A stretch of 64,000 nt of DNA, taken from the NCBI RefSeq assembly GCF_003918875.1, contig NW_025765792.1, positions 186,001 to 250,000 of the forward strand. The letters are read 5' to 3'. The stretch is from Haliotis rubra (lineage: Eukaryota). The position numbers and the translations under genes were made by a program. Under the pieces are notes generated by a model. That model was not told the origin of the DNA and searched no databases. It saw nothing but the letters and a program-made list of their open reading frames with translations. Below are positions 15,201 through 28,000 of the stretch, piece by piece (position 1 is the first letter of the stretch; each line of letters begins with the position of its first letter).

Positions 15201-18200
15201 GGATCTTTAATCACTCATGCTCGCCTGTCCTACAGACCGTTTGGCTCAAAAGCGGACCGATGAATTGCCATCTAACTCGAAAACTAGTAAACATAACATA
15301 CTCAATGAAACGCTGATCATAATCAAAACATCATACCCACTGTGTGAGGTTCTTGCAGAATTTTTGTCCTAAAAATAAAAAAGTTGTTTAACAAACTATC
15401 ATTAAAATATTGACACAGTTCACTGTTTGTTACGAGGGAGGAGTGCAGAGAAAGGGACAGCCAGGTGTTCAAGAAGCACATTCACAGACAAAGTTATTTA
15501 TTCATTAACCTGTGCTGTGCCGTCTCCGTCCTTGTAAATCAGTCTGAACTTCTCCTTGGAGTTCTTCTTGGGTACTAGAAAAATTGGGGAGTAGAAGCCT
15601 GGAGTAAGATGATGCCGATCTATTATCTTTACCGCCTCCTTCATAAGTAGTGAGTTGATGGCCTCTTGTAGTTTGTCTGCCTGCTCCTCTGCATACTCGA
15701 AGACCATCGGGCTGAGGGTTAGCGGAGGTGAGGCCTTGAGTTGTACTCTGTATCCTTCTCATAGTACTTGGGAGATGTAGTTGTCCTCTAGTATTCGCCA
15801 ATTATTCCAGTACCTTTGTAGACGTCCACCCACTGTCGATGGTTTTACTGGAACGGCTGGGGGTGGAAGACTCCAGTCGTTCTGAACCCTGATATCAACG
15901 TCTAGTTCCTCTGGATCCTCTGGGAGTGTGGCCTCTCCCTGAGTTTCCTCTGTAATTCCCGGCTGGGGGACAAAAAGATCCTTTGCCGCCTCTGAAGCTG
16001 GAGTACTTCTTCTCCTTTGTCTTCTGTATGCCGGAATATTTGGACTTCCTGTAGGTGGTAGTTCGTCAAACAGCTGTCCTGCTGTGACCGTTGCAGGAGA
16101 CGATCTAGTAGTTGTAGACGTCGATTGAGTCGCTGATCTCGTAGGTACTTCAGGTAGAAGTAGTGGGGGATCATCAAAAACGTCTACTTAATGTGGAGGT
16201 AATATCTCTTCGTTGAAAGATTTCTGATGCGTTGACTTACTAGCCCGCGTAGATTTACCCTCCGATCTGGTAACAGATGCTTTCTTCTGCGATGTAGAAG
16301 AGGATGACGTCTTTTTCTTAGCTTGAGTTGGAGTCAACTGTGTTGTAGCCGATCTCTTCTTAGCCCCCGTACCAGCAGACTGCCCCTGCAACGTACTGAA
16401 CATAGCACCAGTATCATGAACTTCAGCAGTAGCAAGCAACATACGGTTTGTAGGCTGATCTCCTGTTTTATCAGCCGTGACTTGAGATGACTTCCTCACC
16501 CGATCCATGGCACGTCTATAGATATCAGAAAAATATTGATTAAATTGTAGATTTGATAATTCAACACAATAAGTACAGCGCAAGCTGGAAGAACATGGCT
16601 TTATGCACGAGGGGCATTGGGGGTGAGGATCAGCCACGGATAACCTGTGGCTGCAAACACTGCAAGATTTCATGAAACGTAAACAAAGTTACATAACGAT
16701 GAAAATGAAATTAATTCAAAATAATTTTACAAATATTTTACATATAATACAAAGTAGTTATTGCCAAATCCATACCCAGCGTAATTTTGAAGAACAGGAT
16801 CTAAATAAAAAGGATATAATGCCGTATATGGGACTACAGTGCTTGCCCAACCATCCACTTGGGTGAAAAAAGGGAGAGAGTGACAAGTAAGGCTGGTCAC
16901 ATGACTGTTTGTGCGGGAAAGGGCAAAAGGGAGGTAACTCGTGGGTGAGTGTATTTTTACGTCCGCTTCGGGAACTTCAAGGGATTCAAGTGTTCCACTA
17001 CCATTCGCAAGGGAAAGGGAGATAAGCAAAAGATCATGAGTCAGGAGAAGAAAACATTTAGTAGTCTGGCCATAAAATAAGTAGTCAAATAAATACTTAA
17101 AATCATGATTGATTCTGAGAAAGATAATACGACACTAATCAAGAGTGAAGCTTTAATTTCACATACCTCCATCAGGAGATTTCCAAATTATCAGCATTAC
17201 ATTTCTTCTTCTTGTCCCTTTTTGGCAAAAATGCATTTAATTGACAAAAATATATGTTCACGCCATAGCAAGGATTATGATTTTGGTACTTCTGTGAGAG
17301 CAGTTGGGTAATTATGCCAGATTAAGGATTGTGATTTTGGTAAATCTGACACACCAAGGATTATGATCAGGGTAATTCTGGGATTCAACCACAGAACCAG
17401 TGGATCCCGACTACTAGGGGACACAACTCTGTAGTTTATTGCTGAGACATAGACAGCTGGTAGTGTATGTTGTATAAGACATTGCAAAGGATACATATAA
17501 ATCAAACAGCCTTGGCTGTGGTGTGGAGTTTAAAGCTAATGTCAGGAATTTGTCCAGTCGAACTTCGAGGTCTTTTATCCAAGTGTCCTGTAATGAAAAT
17601 AGTTGATAATGACCAAATATCTCCAGGTTTCCAAACATGAGTGAGTGTTTGGTTTTATGTCGCTTTTTGCAATATTCCAACAATATCACCAGATATGTTG
17701 GGGACACCAGAAATGGGTTTCACACATTGTGCCCATGTGGGGAATCGAACCTGGGTCTTTAGGGTGACAAGCAAACGCCTTAACCAGTAGGCTCCAAAAT
17801 GAATGGCTACACTGTTTAAATTTTTTATTAAGACAAGCAAACCCTTAAAGCTCAGGGGGCGGTGGGGTAGCCTAGTGGTTAAAGCGTTGGCTCGTCACGC
17901 CGAAAACCCGGGTTTGAATCCCCACATGGGTACAATGTGTGAAGCCCATTTCTGGTGTCCCCCGCCGTGATGTTGCTGGAATATTGCTAAAAGCGGCGTA
18001 AAAGCCAAACTCAGTCAGTCAGTTAAAAGCTCAGAAAGCAGAATCAGGACTCAATATCAGAGAAAAAGAAATATCAGGAATGCTTACCACTGGTTACATG
18101 AAGTTTTACCATAAACCAATCAAGCGATGTTAATGTAATAATGAGCAAACGTGAACCACAACAGGATGTATTCACAATGTTTAAAATGTTAAATGGAACA

Positions 18201-20112
18201 TCATGTCAGCATTGAAAGTACAAACTCACCGAAAACAGTTCCTTGTATGAAGGGTGCTCCTTTGGTTTGGGGACAAATGGGAGGGCATAGAAAGGCAGGA
18301 ATTCTGTAGTCTGACTTAGAGTTGATCCTCTTGTCTCTAGGTAGGTCTTGAACTCGCCCATGTTGACCTCAACTTCAGACTAGGAACACAAGCAAAAAGT
18401 GGAACTTGCTGCACAGAATTTTAGTAATGTAAGGGAGATAACTCTCTTATTTCTCCAGCCATATGATGGCAATCTGTAAATAACTTTGTCTAGACCAGAT
18501 AATCCAGTGACTGACATCAAGAGCATCAATCTAGCAAACTGTGATACGATGACAAGTGTCAACCAAGTCAGTGAGTCTGATCACTTGCTCCAGTCAGTAA
18601 CCTCTTACAACAAGTATGGGTTGCTAAAAACAAATTCACACCCAGATATTCATGTGTAATAAAACTCTATTACAATTCTCACAAGCCCCAGTCAGCATTA
18701 TACATAAGTAAATAATGTGTTTACAACAAAGATTAATTTCACTTTAAATGTTGAAACACCAAAGAGCACAACTTTTATTAAAATCTGATTTCTGTCTATT
18801 CCAAAATGCTGTCTAAAGCAGCTTTGATTCCATGTCCGACTTAATTCCTGCTTAAACAGTTCCCACTGTAGAGTGTAGTACTAAAACATTTCAATAAACA
18901 ATCACCTGTGGACCTTTGTGCTTCATGGGATACACAGCAAAATAGATATTGAGGTAGAACTCCAATTTCTGGGCCACTGAGTCCTCATCCCGCACAGTTG
19001 ATGGTAGAAAGTCTGTCCACTGCTCAAAGAATATCCTCCGCTTTCCTTGGCGAAAATGATCCATCATTTCATTCTGCAAAAACAAGAACACTGCCTTATC
19101 AGGACCTGCTCAGAGGCTGACATGCAACCTCAAGTCTGCAAAATTTGTCAGTTCAAAATCAAAAATGGTAACTAAACAGTTTCTCTTGTGCACATACAAT
19201 CATAACTAATGAGATTCTTTGGTCAGGGAGACTGAGACTGGTTGAACTGGTTACTAGACCAAAAAAGTGCAAGACTATGTTTTCTGTGCTTGTACTGATT
19301 GTTAAAACACCTCTGAATATATAAACTCTAAAGATTTCGTAAGTCTGGAATCCTTGATAAAACCCAGACATTATGGTATGGACAGTAAGCTACAACCATC
19401 ATCAGATATGTGACATAAGTCAAATGTTTAAAGGGGCATTTGTTGTGCTTTCAGGAGTTATCAAATACCTGAAAAAATGTCTAAGACAATGTGAGTGTCC
19501 TAGAAAATGAACCGATCAGAACGTAAATAAATCATATCATGCACAAGTTTCCTTTCAGTCTCTTACTTGAACAGTTTGAAGTTTCTTGTTGGACTTGGGT
19601 CTGACATCTTGTGTACTAATTGGTTTTCCCTTCTCACTACATTCATCTTCAAATGTGCTGACAGATCTGTCAAAATCTCCAAAAGTCAGATACTGAAACA
19701 TAAGAGTTTAGCTCCATATGAAACTGTCAAAGAATTGCAAGTGTATGTTATTCGTAGTATAATTAACATTGATGAAAGTATAATAGTGGCAGTTGCATGG
19801 AAATAAAATCAAAACATGTTTAATAAGATCTCAACCTAATAATAATTACATAGAGGCAAAAAGAAATTTCTACTTGTTCTAAAGATACTGTGAACTAGTA
19901 TAAAGGGGTCCAACGGTCAAGACAAGACCCTTCCTCATTGTCCTTGGGTAGTTTGAGGCCATATTCACATGGGCGGATGATTTAAGGATTTCCTGATAAT
20001 ACCTGCAAACAATTCCAAAACAAAATGACAAAATCTAAAATCAGTGTCTCACCTCTCTTATGATGCCATTCAGCTCACCCTCAAAAGCCACAACTGACAG
20101 GTTTCCTGACAT
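270..20112 (-). CDS. ARMC9: LisH domain-containing ARMC9 (ciliary protein), N-terminal 10 coding exons; gene probably continues left of the window
   Basis: Hand-spliced exons with consistent phases: 20112-20053 ([20 protein letters not shown]), 19692-19567 ([18 protein letters not shown]), 19073-18906 ([15 protein letters not shown]), 18379-18230 ([28 protein letters not shown]), 17587-17495, 13896-13869 (28 nt), 13532-13444 ([19 protein letters not shown]), 11907-11833 ([18 protein letters not shown]), 1147-1023 ([15 protein letters not shown]...RPGTA), 420-270 (disrupted; [20 protein letters not shown]). Motifs are collinear with vertebrate ARMC9 as recalled. Confidence 0.92.
4185..6240. 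repeat. Complex GT-rich minisatellite (about 50-bp unit with core GCATGGTAATATGGTGGCAGTGTGCTGCAG) with N-gap
   Basis: Visible tandem units. Explains the His/Thr-rich and Val/Cys/Trp-rich ORFs. Confidence 0.95.
6748..7014. mobile_element. MITE with CAGTGTAGGAAAGAT termini
   Basis: TIRs flanked by the direct repeat CCCATGG. A similar element (CAGTATATGGAATAAG) lies near 61156-61393. Confidence 0.7.
9144..9681. mobile_element. Non-autonomous element with about 62-bp terminal inverted repeats
   Basis: 9144-9205 is the reverse complement of 9620-9681 with 3 mismatches. Confidence 0.75.
9720..11180. repeat. G-rich (GGGTCT)-based higher-order tandem repeat
   Basis: Units GGGTCT, GGGTGT, TTATGG and ATTGGG in a 6-nt register. 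Confidence 0.95.
12830..13290. repeat. 25-bp minisatellite CAGCATAAGCAAGTATCCATGCCTT
   Basis: Tandem copies, degenerating at the edges. Confidence 0.95.
14122..17055 (-). mobile_element. DIRS1-type retrotransposon, internally deleted, non-autonomous
   Basis: Long inverted terminal repeats (16866-17055 versus 14122-14711, the latter SINE-interrupted). Internal complementary region near 14780-14855 joins copies of both termini. Gag zinc finger [17 protein letters not shown] (16673-16188). RT N-terminus [12 protein letters not shown] and [16 protein letters not shown] (about 15850-15530). No RNase H or tyrosine recombinase seen. Confidence 0.85.
14239..14594 (+). mobile_element. tRNA-derived SINE family A (Meta-domain-like), full length, inserted in the DIRS ITR
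   Basis: A box (GTGGTGTAGTGG), B box (GGTTCGATCCC), core GTCATACCAAAAGACGTTAA..CCCTGCCTGG, (CACCT)n tail, 15-bp TSD ccttgwagttcccga. Other copies near 27632-27942, 45624-45948 and 56076-56411. Confidence 0.85.
17855..18022 (+). mobile_element. Short tRNA-derived SINE family B (about 170-185 bp), representative copy
   Basis: GGGGTAGCCTAGTGGTTAAAGCG...GGGTTTGAATCCCC head, GCTGGAATATTGCT tail with (ACTC/AGTC)n, TSD aaagctcag. Other copies near 6470-6641, 8310-8479, 17640-17795, 28718-28880, 41725-41885, 54520-54688, 55420-55593, 57350-57511, 60250-60393 and 63940-64000. Confidence 0.88.
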
Positions 20113-20119
20113 GTCTCTT

Positions 20120-22041
20120 CTGTATTACACGATCAAATGCTGAATAAAAATATTCGACACTGTAAGTTTTCATGTTATGTATACCCATTTCAAAGGAATA
20201 AACATGATAAAGCTGTCATTACATCTCTGAGCTGTACTAGGCATGTCACGATATATATCATAAATTTTAATTTTTTATACTGTATCTGCAAACTGCTTAA
20301 TATGAACATAACTTAATAATTCACTGCCACGACAATTTTACATTTGTATAGATTATTTTGGATAAGATAGACAATGTGAAGGAATAACTTTCAATTTTTA
20401 AATCTTTCAAATGATCAGCCTAGTTGACATTATTAATGACAGATCTAGACAGAAATACTTTTATCCACGTACATAGAACGTAACTGATTTTGATGCAGAC
20501 AGTTCCATATTATACATCCTGGAAGTCTCATATTTACAATGCATTCGGTCCTATTATGCGAGTCTGTGCTTGTGGCAACCGTAAATTTTAGCATTGTACT
20601 GGACTTCTGAGATAATACATTCTTCGCGTTGTTGTCTTAGTCAGACAACAATGTTTGACCACTTACATGTTACAGCAATTCAAGTCCTATCTATTTAAAT
20701 CCTCATAATCGGCTTATATATCCGTCTGACAGCTGTTTATAAGAAACGCGCACTTGGAATCCAGTAAACATTAAAAGACCGCAGTAAATATTTATAGGAT
20801 CGGAGCAAGTATGACGTTAGTTATTTCCTGTCAGTCATTGTTAAAACTGGCGAATAAAAAAACCCAGATTATGATTCAAAAAAAATCTTACTCGTGTTAT
20901 ATGATCGTCAGGGCTTTGGCCTATGTATTTTTTCTGACAGATTATGATTTTGACCTTCATGTGGAGTTGCCTCCCTTCAATCAATTTTCGATCAAGGACA
21001 AGACTTAGTGTGCGAAGGTAGTTTATTAAGATTGCTGTCGATAAGCAAGAACGTTTAATGCAGTCACAGATTAGATGTTTTTAGTGTAATAAGTCCGATG
21101 AAATACAATAACTATTCGTATCTTGCACGTGTAATTACTTATGCGATGTTACAACTTTGTTTGAGAATCTCCAAGTCGAGAACAGATTGACTGCGTTATT
21201 CTCTTGTTTATTATCATATCATATGTTTGGACTTATTTAAGAACAATATGTGGGTTGTATGTTTCAGTATACAGAAAAGTACTTGGGGTACACATCTGTA
21301 GTACCCGTGCTGCACTACTGATTCACTGTTTAGCCCTTGATGAAAGAAAGAAATGTTAAAAATGTTTTGTTGTCAGATTTATGTATTAGAGAAAAACATC
21401 AAGGATTCCATGACACCACCAATGCCCTTGCACAATCCTCAACCCCCAATTGTCAACTCAAAAACTGATTGTGGTTAAGATGATGGATATTCAGTTTCCT
21501 TCTACTTATATCGTGAGACTTTGACTAAAGTGACATTATCATATTGCAGTGATGCTTTACATATAAATCTGCACTGAACTAGATCATTAATGCCAGTACA
21601 TGTGTACTTCAGTTTGGCTTTCCCACATTATTGCTGAAGGTGTCATTGTTGGCATGGTTACTACAGATATGTACCTGAGGTACATAAACAAAGTCCAAAT
21701 TCAGACATATGATGGTACTCTAAACGATGGACAAGTCCATTTTTCTCAACCCAAAACTGAGACTGCCTCATGCTGTACTTCACTTTCATCTGATTTTGAG
21801 TGATACAGTGCATCGCAAAATATTGTCATTGTGAAGAAAAATATATTTGGATGGATATTTTAGTGCTATAGAAATAGGGCTAAAAATTGGCCCCCCTCAG
21901 GACCAGGGTGTTCATCATAATAAAATGACATACATTTGACAGATAAGGATGCAGCCCAAGCCTACAACCCTGTTTTCAGCCTAATTCACTCATTGAATTC
22001 ATACACTGAATAACATTTATCGATGGGCTTTTTGTTTTCAG
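20120..22041. promoter_or_regulatory. Divergent 5' region of ARMC9 and fumarase copy 1 (UTR exons, probable shared promoter)
   Basis: Both ATG exons are preceded by acceptors (TACAG|AAGAGACATG on minus; TTTTGTTTTCAG|ATG on plus), so upstream non-coding exons are likely. Candidate donors near 20667 (minus, GTAAGT) and 21018 (plus, GTAGTT). Confidence 0.5.
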
Positions 22042-25000
22042 ATGCTTGGGTCAGGGGTCAGAGGTCGTGCCCTGCAGGGGGCGTGGCATGTTATTCAAAA
22101 CCAACTGCGACAGGTACAGACGAGTGGTGTACAAGCAGCAGCGGCTGCCGACGTCAAGCCATTCTTCTACCAGGATATCTTTGAACATGAGAAGAAAGCA
22201 GAAGTCCCATGGAAAAAGTTATCAGGTTTGTTTTGAAAAAAAATAATTCTTTTTTCAATTTTGTCCACTGGGAAGAGAGCATATGCCGCATGGAAAAATT
22301 GACTGTTTTGTCTTCAAAATTTGTATTTGTCATATTAGATTTGAATTTATCTGTTTGGTTGTCAGTTTCCAAGGGTAGTCTAAATTAACAGAAAAAAACA
22401 ACACCACTCCTGGTACTCAGAATTATCAACAGATGAAGAATCCACAGACTGAGAGAGTATTGCTAAGAATAGATTAAAACTAGAAAGACTTTCATTCTAA
22501 TGAAGTTCAGACAGTTGAAATGAATTTGCTTCAACAGGTTCTCAGAATGGGTATATTCCAAAACACTGACACAAACTCTTTTATTTTTTTACATAAATTC
22601 TCATGATTGAATTGAGCAATGTCTTTTACATGTCCCCTCCAATCATGGACATTTTGTCATTCTACATGTTATTTGTATGTGGTGACAATGTCAATGTTTT
22701 CGTCCTTGTAGGCGACTATGTATCGACGTTTGATGTGAAGGGAAGGAAGGTTCTTCACATACAACCTGAAGCCTTGACCTTGCTGGCAGAGAATGCCATG
22801 ATTGACATTTCTCATCTCCTTCGACCCGGACATCTCCAGGTGATATGATCACAACAATATTTCTGTTTCATAATTTTATCTGATTTCTTTTTTTGATGTT
22901 TTTGTACAGTTTTTACATTTCTACATGGTAGATTTCATCTAACATAATCACAATGATAAGTTCTTGGTATGCACAAGGGACATAACTCTGTTCACTGAAT
23001 TCTGGCACCTTCAGGGAAAGGGTCAATGGTGCCCCTCCCATCCCTTGTCTTTGTGGACAAGGACACAGATCATCACTACTTCAACTTTTTATAATTTATT
23101 CAGATACAGTCAAATCCCGATGAGTCGAATCGCTGGGGATCAAGTAATAAATTCGACTTATCGATGTATTCGAGACATAGGTATGTCTATGAGGGTAGAA
23201 AAAAAGATGATCCAGTCCTAATTCCTCTGCCTAAGCATTTGTTTATCTAATGATTTCCATATCACTAATAGGGACACCTTATCAGTTCCAGTCTGATTAG
23301 CACAGACAGTAATTTCCGTAAAATCACTAATCTGCCTTTTGAACTCACCCGTCAATGGCGGAAAGGTGTGAGCCGCGCTGGTTTGTTAATTGGATCAGTT
23401 TGCTACACCAGACAATTTCTCATTGACTGACTTCGGCTTATGTATACAAGATTGCTGTTGTTTGAATCTCATGGGACCAAATTTCCTTCTCGAGTCATCG
23501 TGTGTATTTATGAGACGAATTCGTGTAACCGGTATTCAAATGATGACAACTATAACAGTGAATGGTCAGGACCGACAGGTACTTTTGAGTTTTGCATAAT
23601 ATTCGAGACAGCGGCATTCGACTCATCGGGATTTGACTGTATTTTGCTCCATTGGTGTGGTGCCTCTGCAGCGAGATCTGACTAACTAATGGTCTGTTTT
23701 GTGTTTTGTTTTCCAGCAACTGTCAAATATCCTAAAAGATCCTGACGCCTCCAGTAACGACAAGTTTGTGGCTCTGGAACTGTTGAAGAATGCAAATGTT
23801 GCAGCTGGGATGGTGCTGCCTGGTTGCCAAGATACAGGAACAGCTATCTGCATTGGTAGGTATTCAATTTTCCAATCTCAGTAATAACTTCACTGTTCCA
23901 GGGTAGGGTTTCAACGAGCAGCATCATTTGATTACTCATATCTTGACTCTGCTGTTATTTTGAATCATTGCTGAAGAAAATATGAGTGGAATGAATTGGT
24001 GTACTCTTTCCATTGTCATGGTAGATGTATACAAATCAAATATGAATAGCATTTGGGGTACTTGGGATATTGAACAGATTAAGAGTTATCTCCCTTGTAC
24101 CACAAACTCTCATGTAGTTATTCCCTGTGTCCGTGTGTTTGTGCCTGTCTGTTTTGAGGACTGCTAGTACTGTTATTGTGAATAATGTGAACAGTGTTCT
24201 TAATTAAGTGACTCTCAGTGTTTGAGTTCGAATCCTGGATGGGACTCAACTGAACAAAAGGACTAGAATCAGTACTTTATCGAGAAAGTGTAATCCAAAA
24301 ATATGACATATACTCATGGAAACAAATAAGGGAACACATGAAAGTACAAGTGTTCCTTTATTCTTTTCCAGGTTTCTTCACAAGGTATGTATTGCACTGT
24401 GAGTGAAATTCTGGAAATAGATAAAGGAACACTTGTACTTTCATGTGTTCCCTTATTTGTTTCTATGAGTATATGTTAAACATGATTATGTCTTTAGTCT
24501 TGCAGCAGAGTTTTGCTAAGGCCATCATGGTGATGTCTTTCATTGTTTTCCTCCAGGTAAGAAAGGTCAGTATGTGTGGACAGAGGGGAGGGATGAGGAT
24601 GCTCTTTCAAGAGGGGTATACAACACTTACACCAAGAGGAACCTCAGGTATTCCCAGGTAATAATTGAACTGTGATGGACTGTGTATTGATTAACTATTA
24701 ACAGGGAATTTTTGGTTACTTCTCAGTTTGCCTTAAACATGCCCTGAGCTTTTTATGATAGTGCCATAGGTTCTGAAACACTTATCCCTTGCACTCTCGC
24801 ATGAATCTCCTCCTAGGTGGCACCACTGGACATGTTTAAAGAGGTCAACACGAAGACAAACCTTCCTGCCCAGATCGAGCTGTACGCCACAGATTCCTCT
24901 CAGTATGACTTCCTGTTTATGGCCAAGGGAGGTGGCTCGGCCAACAAGACATTTCTCTATCAACAAACAAAGGCATTGCTGAATCCTGAAAGACTTATGA

Positions 25001-28000
25001 AGTTTGTAGATGAAAAAATTAAGGTCAGTAATCAATATATGTGAGAAATGTTCATTGATGCCTCAACAGTTATAGGTGCGAGGTTTGACATGTTTGAAAG
25101 AACATGTGTTTCCTGCATTCTTTCAAAATCATGTATATTTTCATCCAGCTGGCAAAGTTTATATCTTTAGTGACGTGCTGAAAATTAAAATTTAGTTAAC
25201 CTGGGAATTAGCATCTGATTCGTTTGACCAAAAAAGCACAGGCAATGGCGCTTCATCTTTTTGGTAAGGGTCATGAAAAATTGTACAAGGACTTAATGAG
25301 AGACTTCTTAAAACTTGACAAGCTGGAGGGAAGGATCATGATTTTTGGTAACTTAGTGCAACAAATACTCTCCTTTTTCTTTTGGCAGACATTAGGTACA
25401 GCTGCCTGCCCTCCCTATCATCTGGCCATCGTGATTGGAGGAACGTCAGCAGAGCTCACACTGAAGACCGTCAAACTGGCCTCCACACGATACCTGGATA
25501 CTCTCCCCTCTTCAGGTAATGATACGTTATAGGGATAACATTGTTCTGTAGCTTTGTGTGGCCTGTGAACTTTTGGTAACAAATTTTGGAGGTTCCAGGT
25601 CATCCCACTAGATGAAGATTTCAAACCAAAACCTTGTTTAAACCAAACCATACTGTTTGAGTTAAACCATACTGACTCACATGTTTTTCATTTATCAGGC
25701 AATGACCATGGCAGAGCTTTTCGTGACCTTGAACTGGAGCAGCAAATCCACAAACTGACTCAGAAAATGGGGATTGGTGCTCAGTTTGGCGGCAAATATT
25801 TCTGTCATGATGTGCGAGTCATCCGCCTACCGAGACATGGAGCTTCCTGCCCTGTGGGCATAGGGGTGTCGTGTTCAGCAGACAGACAGGTAAGGCTTGT
25901 TAGTTGGGTTGGTTAGGTAGCGAGGTGGCTAAAGTGTTTAACGCGTGAGACCTAAGTTCGAATCCTCTTTTGAGTCCCACTGGCTTGTCGTTGATGGAAC
26001 CACATTCAGTCAGATTTTCTATTTCTCAGAAAGTATCCTCAACATATTTTAGCAAGATGGCTTCTTCTTTAGGCACTTGGCAAAATAACAGAAGAGGGCG
26101 TGTTTCTGGAACAGCTGGAGACTGATCCCATCAAGTATCTTCCTGAGGTGGAGGCAGAGGACCTGGGAGGAGAGGTTGTGCAGGTAACATATTGTACCAG
26201 ATGGCTCAACTCAAACACAAATACCTGTGAAGATCCGGGTTAGAACTGGTTTTCAGCAACCCATGCTTGACGTAAGAGGCGACGAATGCTGTCAGGTGTT
26301 CAGGCTTGCTGACCTGGTTGATACATTTCATCGTATCCCAGTTGTGCAGATCGATGCTCACGCTGTTGAATCACTGGATTGTCTGGTCCAGACTTGATTA
26401 TTTACAGACCGCCCCCTTATAGCTGGAATATTGGTGAGTGTGGCGTTAAACAACATAAATCAAACACAAAACTATATGTGTTCTTATAAATCTACCAATA
26501 ACTGAAAAATTAAGAAAAAAATGTATTTGTTTTCCTGATATCCTGACTCATCATATTTTACACTTTGATCACAGAACCCAAAATGTGCCTCTTTACCGGC
26601 AGAGCAGCCACTGCCCTTGGTTACCAATCAGAGTTGTCTGTCCTTGATCCTCACTGCCTTCTCATTGCACAAGAGGATATTACTGTAATGAATATCTAAA
26701 TTCATGTAAAATTGTTGATCTGACCATGGGGCTTTTCAGATTGATTACACATTAAACCATTGTAAACACAGAATCGACGATAAATATGTAGCAGGTCAGA
26801 ATAGAGGTCACGCCTCAAATGAAAAAGTTTTAAAACTGCTGGGGATCTCTAATGGCAAATTACTTAATGAAATATAATTTCAAAATGTCAGTTAAATCAA
26901 TAAATGGAAAACCAACAATGCAGGATAATGAGTATGGCTGAGTCTCATTTCAAGCATATCAATTATCCTTGTGTAACCACGCCCATTTCTGGTGTCGCCC
27001 CGCCGTGATATTGCTAAAATCGGCGTAAAATCATACTTGCTCATTCCTTGTGTAACCACGCCCATTTTTGGTGCCCCCTGCCGTGATATTGCTAAAATCG
27101 GCGTAAAATCATACTTGCTCATTCCTTGTGTAACCATGCCCATGTTCAGTTTGGGGCTAGTTTTTTGGTGAAAGGTAACTTATTTTGCATTAATTGTGTC
27201 AGCAGCCTGATACTGAACATGAAACCCAACAAAAATTGTGACAACTTATGTTATTTAGGTGATTACCTTTGAATGTTGAATAAAAGACTTATGTCCCAGT
27301 GACTATATTGGAGGGTTCGGGGTTAACATTTGTTGCTACTAGACTAGTGGACTGGTGGGTCTTTAAATTTACTAGACCTGACCTAATGTCAACTAGATCA
27401 TACTGTTGGAAGACAAAACAAGCTTATTTTTATTATCAGCAGGATTATAGTACATACTAGAAGAACAAAGTATATTAAACACTAAACTATGTGATAATTG
27501 TTGCTTTCTTTTGTATATTATGAATACTGTATACCTTAACTTTTGATTTTCTGAAGAACGTTTATCATTAAACAGTAGCTTTTATTGTCTTTTTTACACT
27601 TGAATAAGCTTAATAACAGTCTTTGTAATAGTAAGGTCGTGGGTTTGATCCCCGACCGCGTCATACCAAAAGACGTTAAAATATGGTACTTGTTGGTCCC
27701 TGCCTGGTGCTCGACATTAATGGGTACAACAAGGACTGGTCGGCTCGGAGTCAGTATACTGTTTCTGAGTGGGGTATTCATGCTTCACTGCGGCATGGAA
27801 TCTCAGTGAACTAGCACTATAAAACCAGCTTCAGTCTGGGCTAGTACAAGCAGCCGCACATACACATACACTCGCATGCACGTCGTCATATGAGCGGAAT
27901 ATTCTCAAGCACGACGTTAAACCCAATTTCACCTTACCTCACCTTTGTAATAGTCATTATAATAGATGACGCATGGAAGATTTTTAAAAACGAATCAAAT

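Larger units (their letters stand above)
13897..17494 (-). other. U12-type (minor spliceosome) GT-AG intron of ARMC9
   Basis: Minus-strand donor GTATCCTTTG at 17494. Branch site TTCTTTAAC at 13915-13907 is followed by CATATGACAG with no polypyrimidine tract. The reading frame is preserved across the junction. Confidence 0.88.

Noticed and set aside
17855-17930. tRNA genes
   Set aside because: The tRNA-like sequences are SINE heads with bodies, tails and TSDs; no acceptor stem or terminator.
20566-20649. RFX X-box-like motifs near the ARMC9 5' end
   Set aside because: Only one good half-site (GGCAAC) or atypical spacing; cannot be distinguished from chance.
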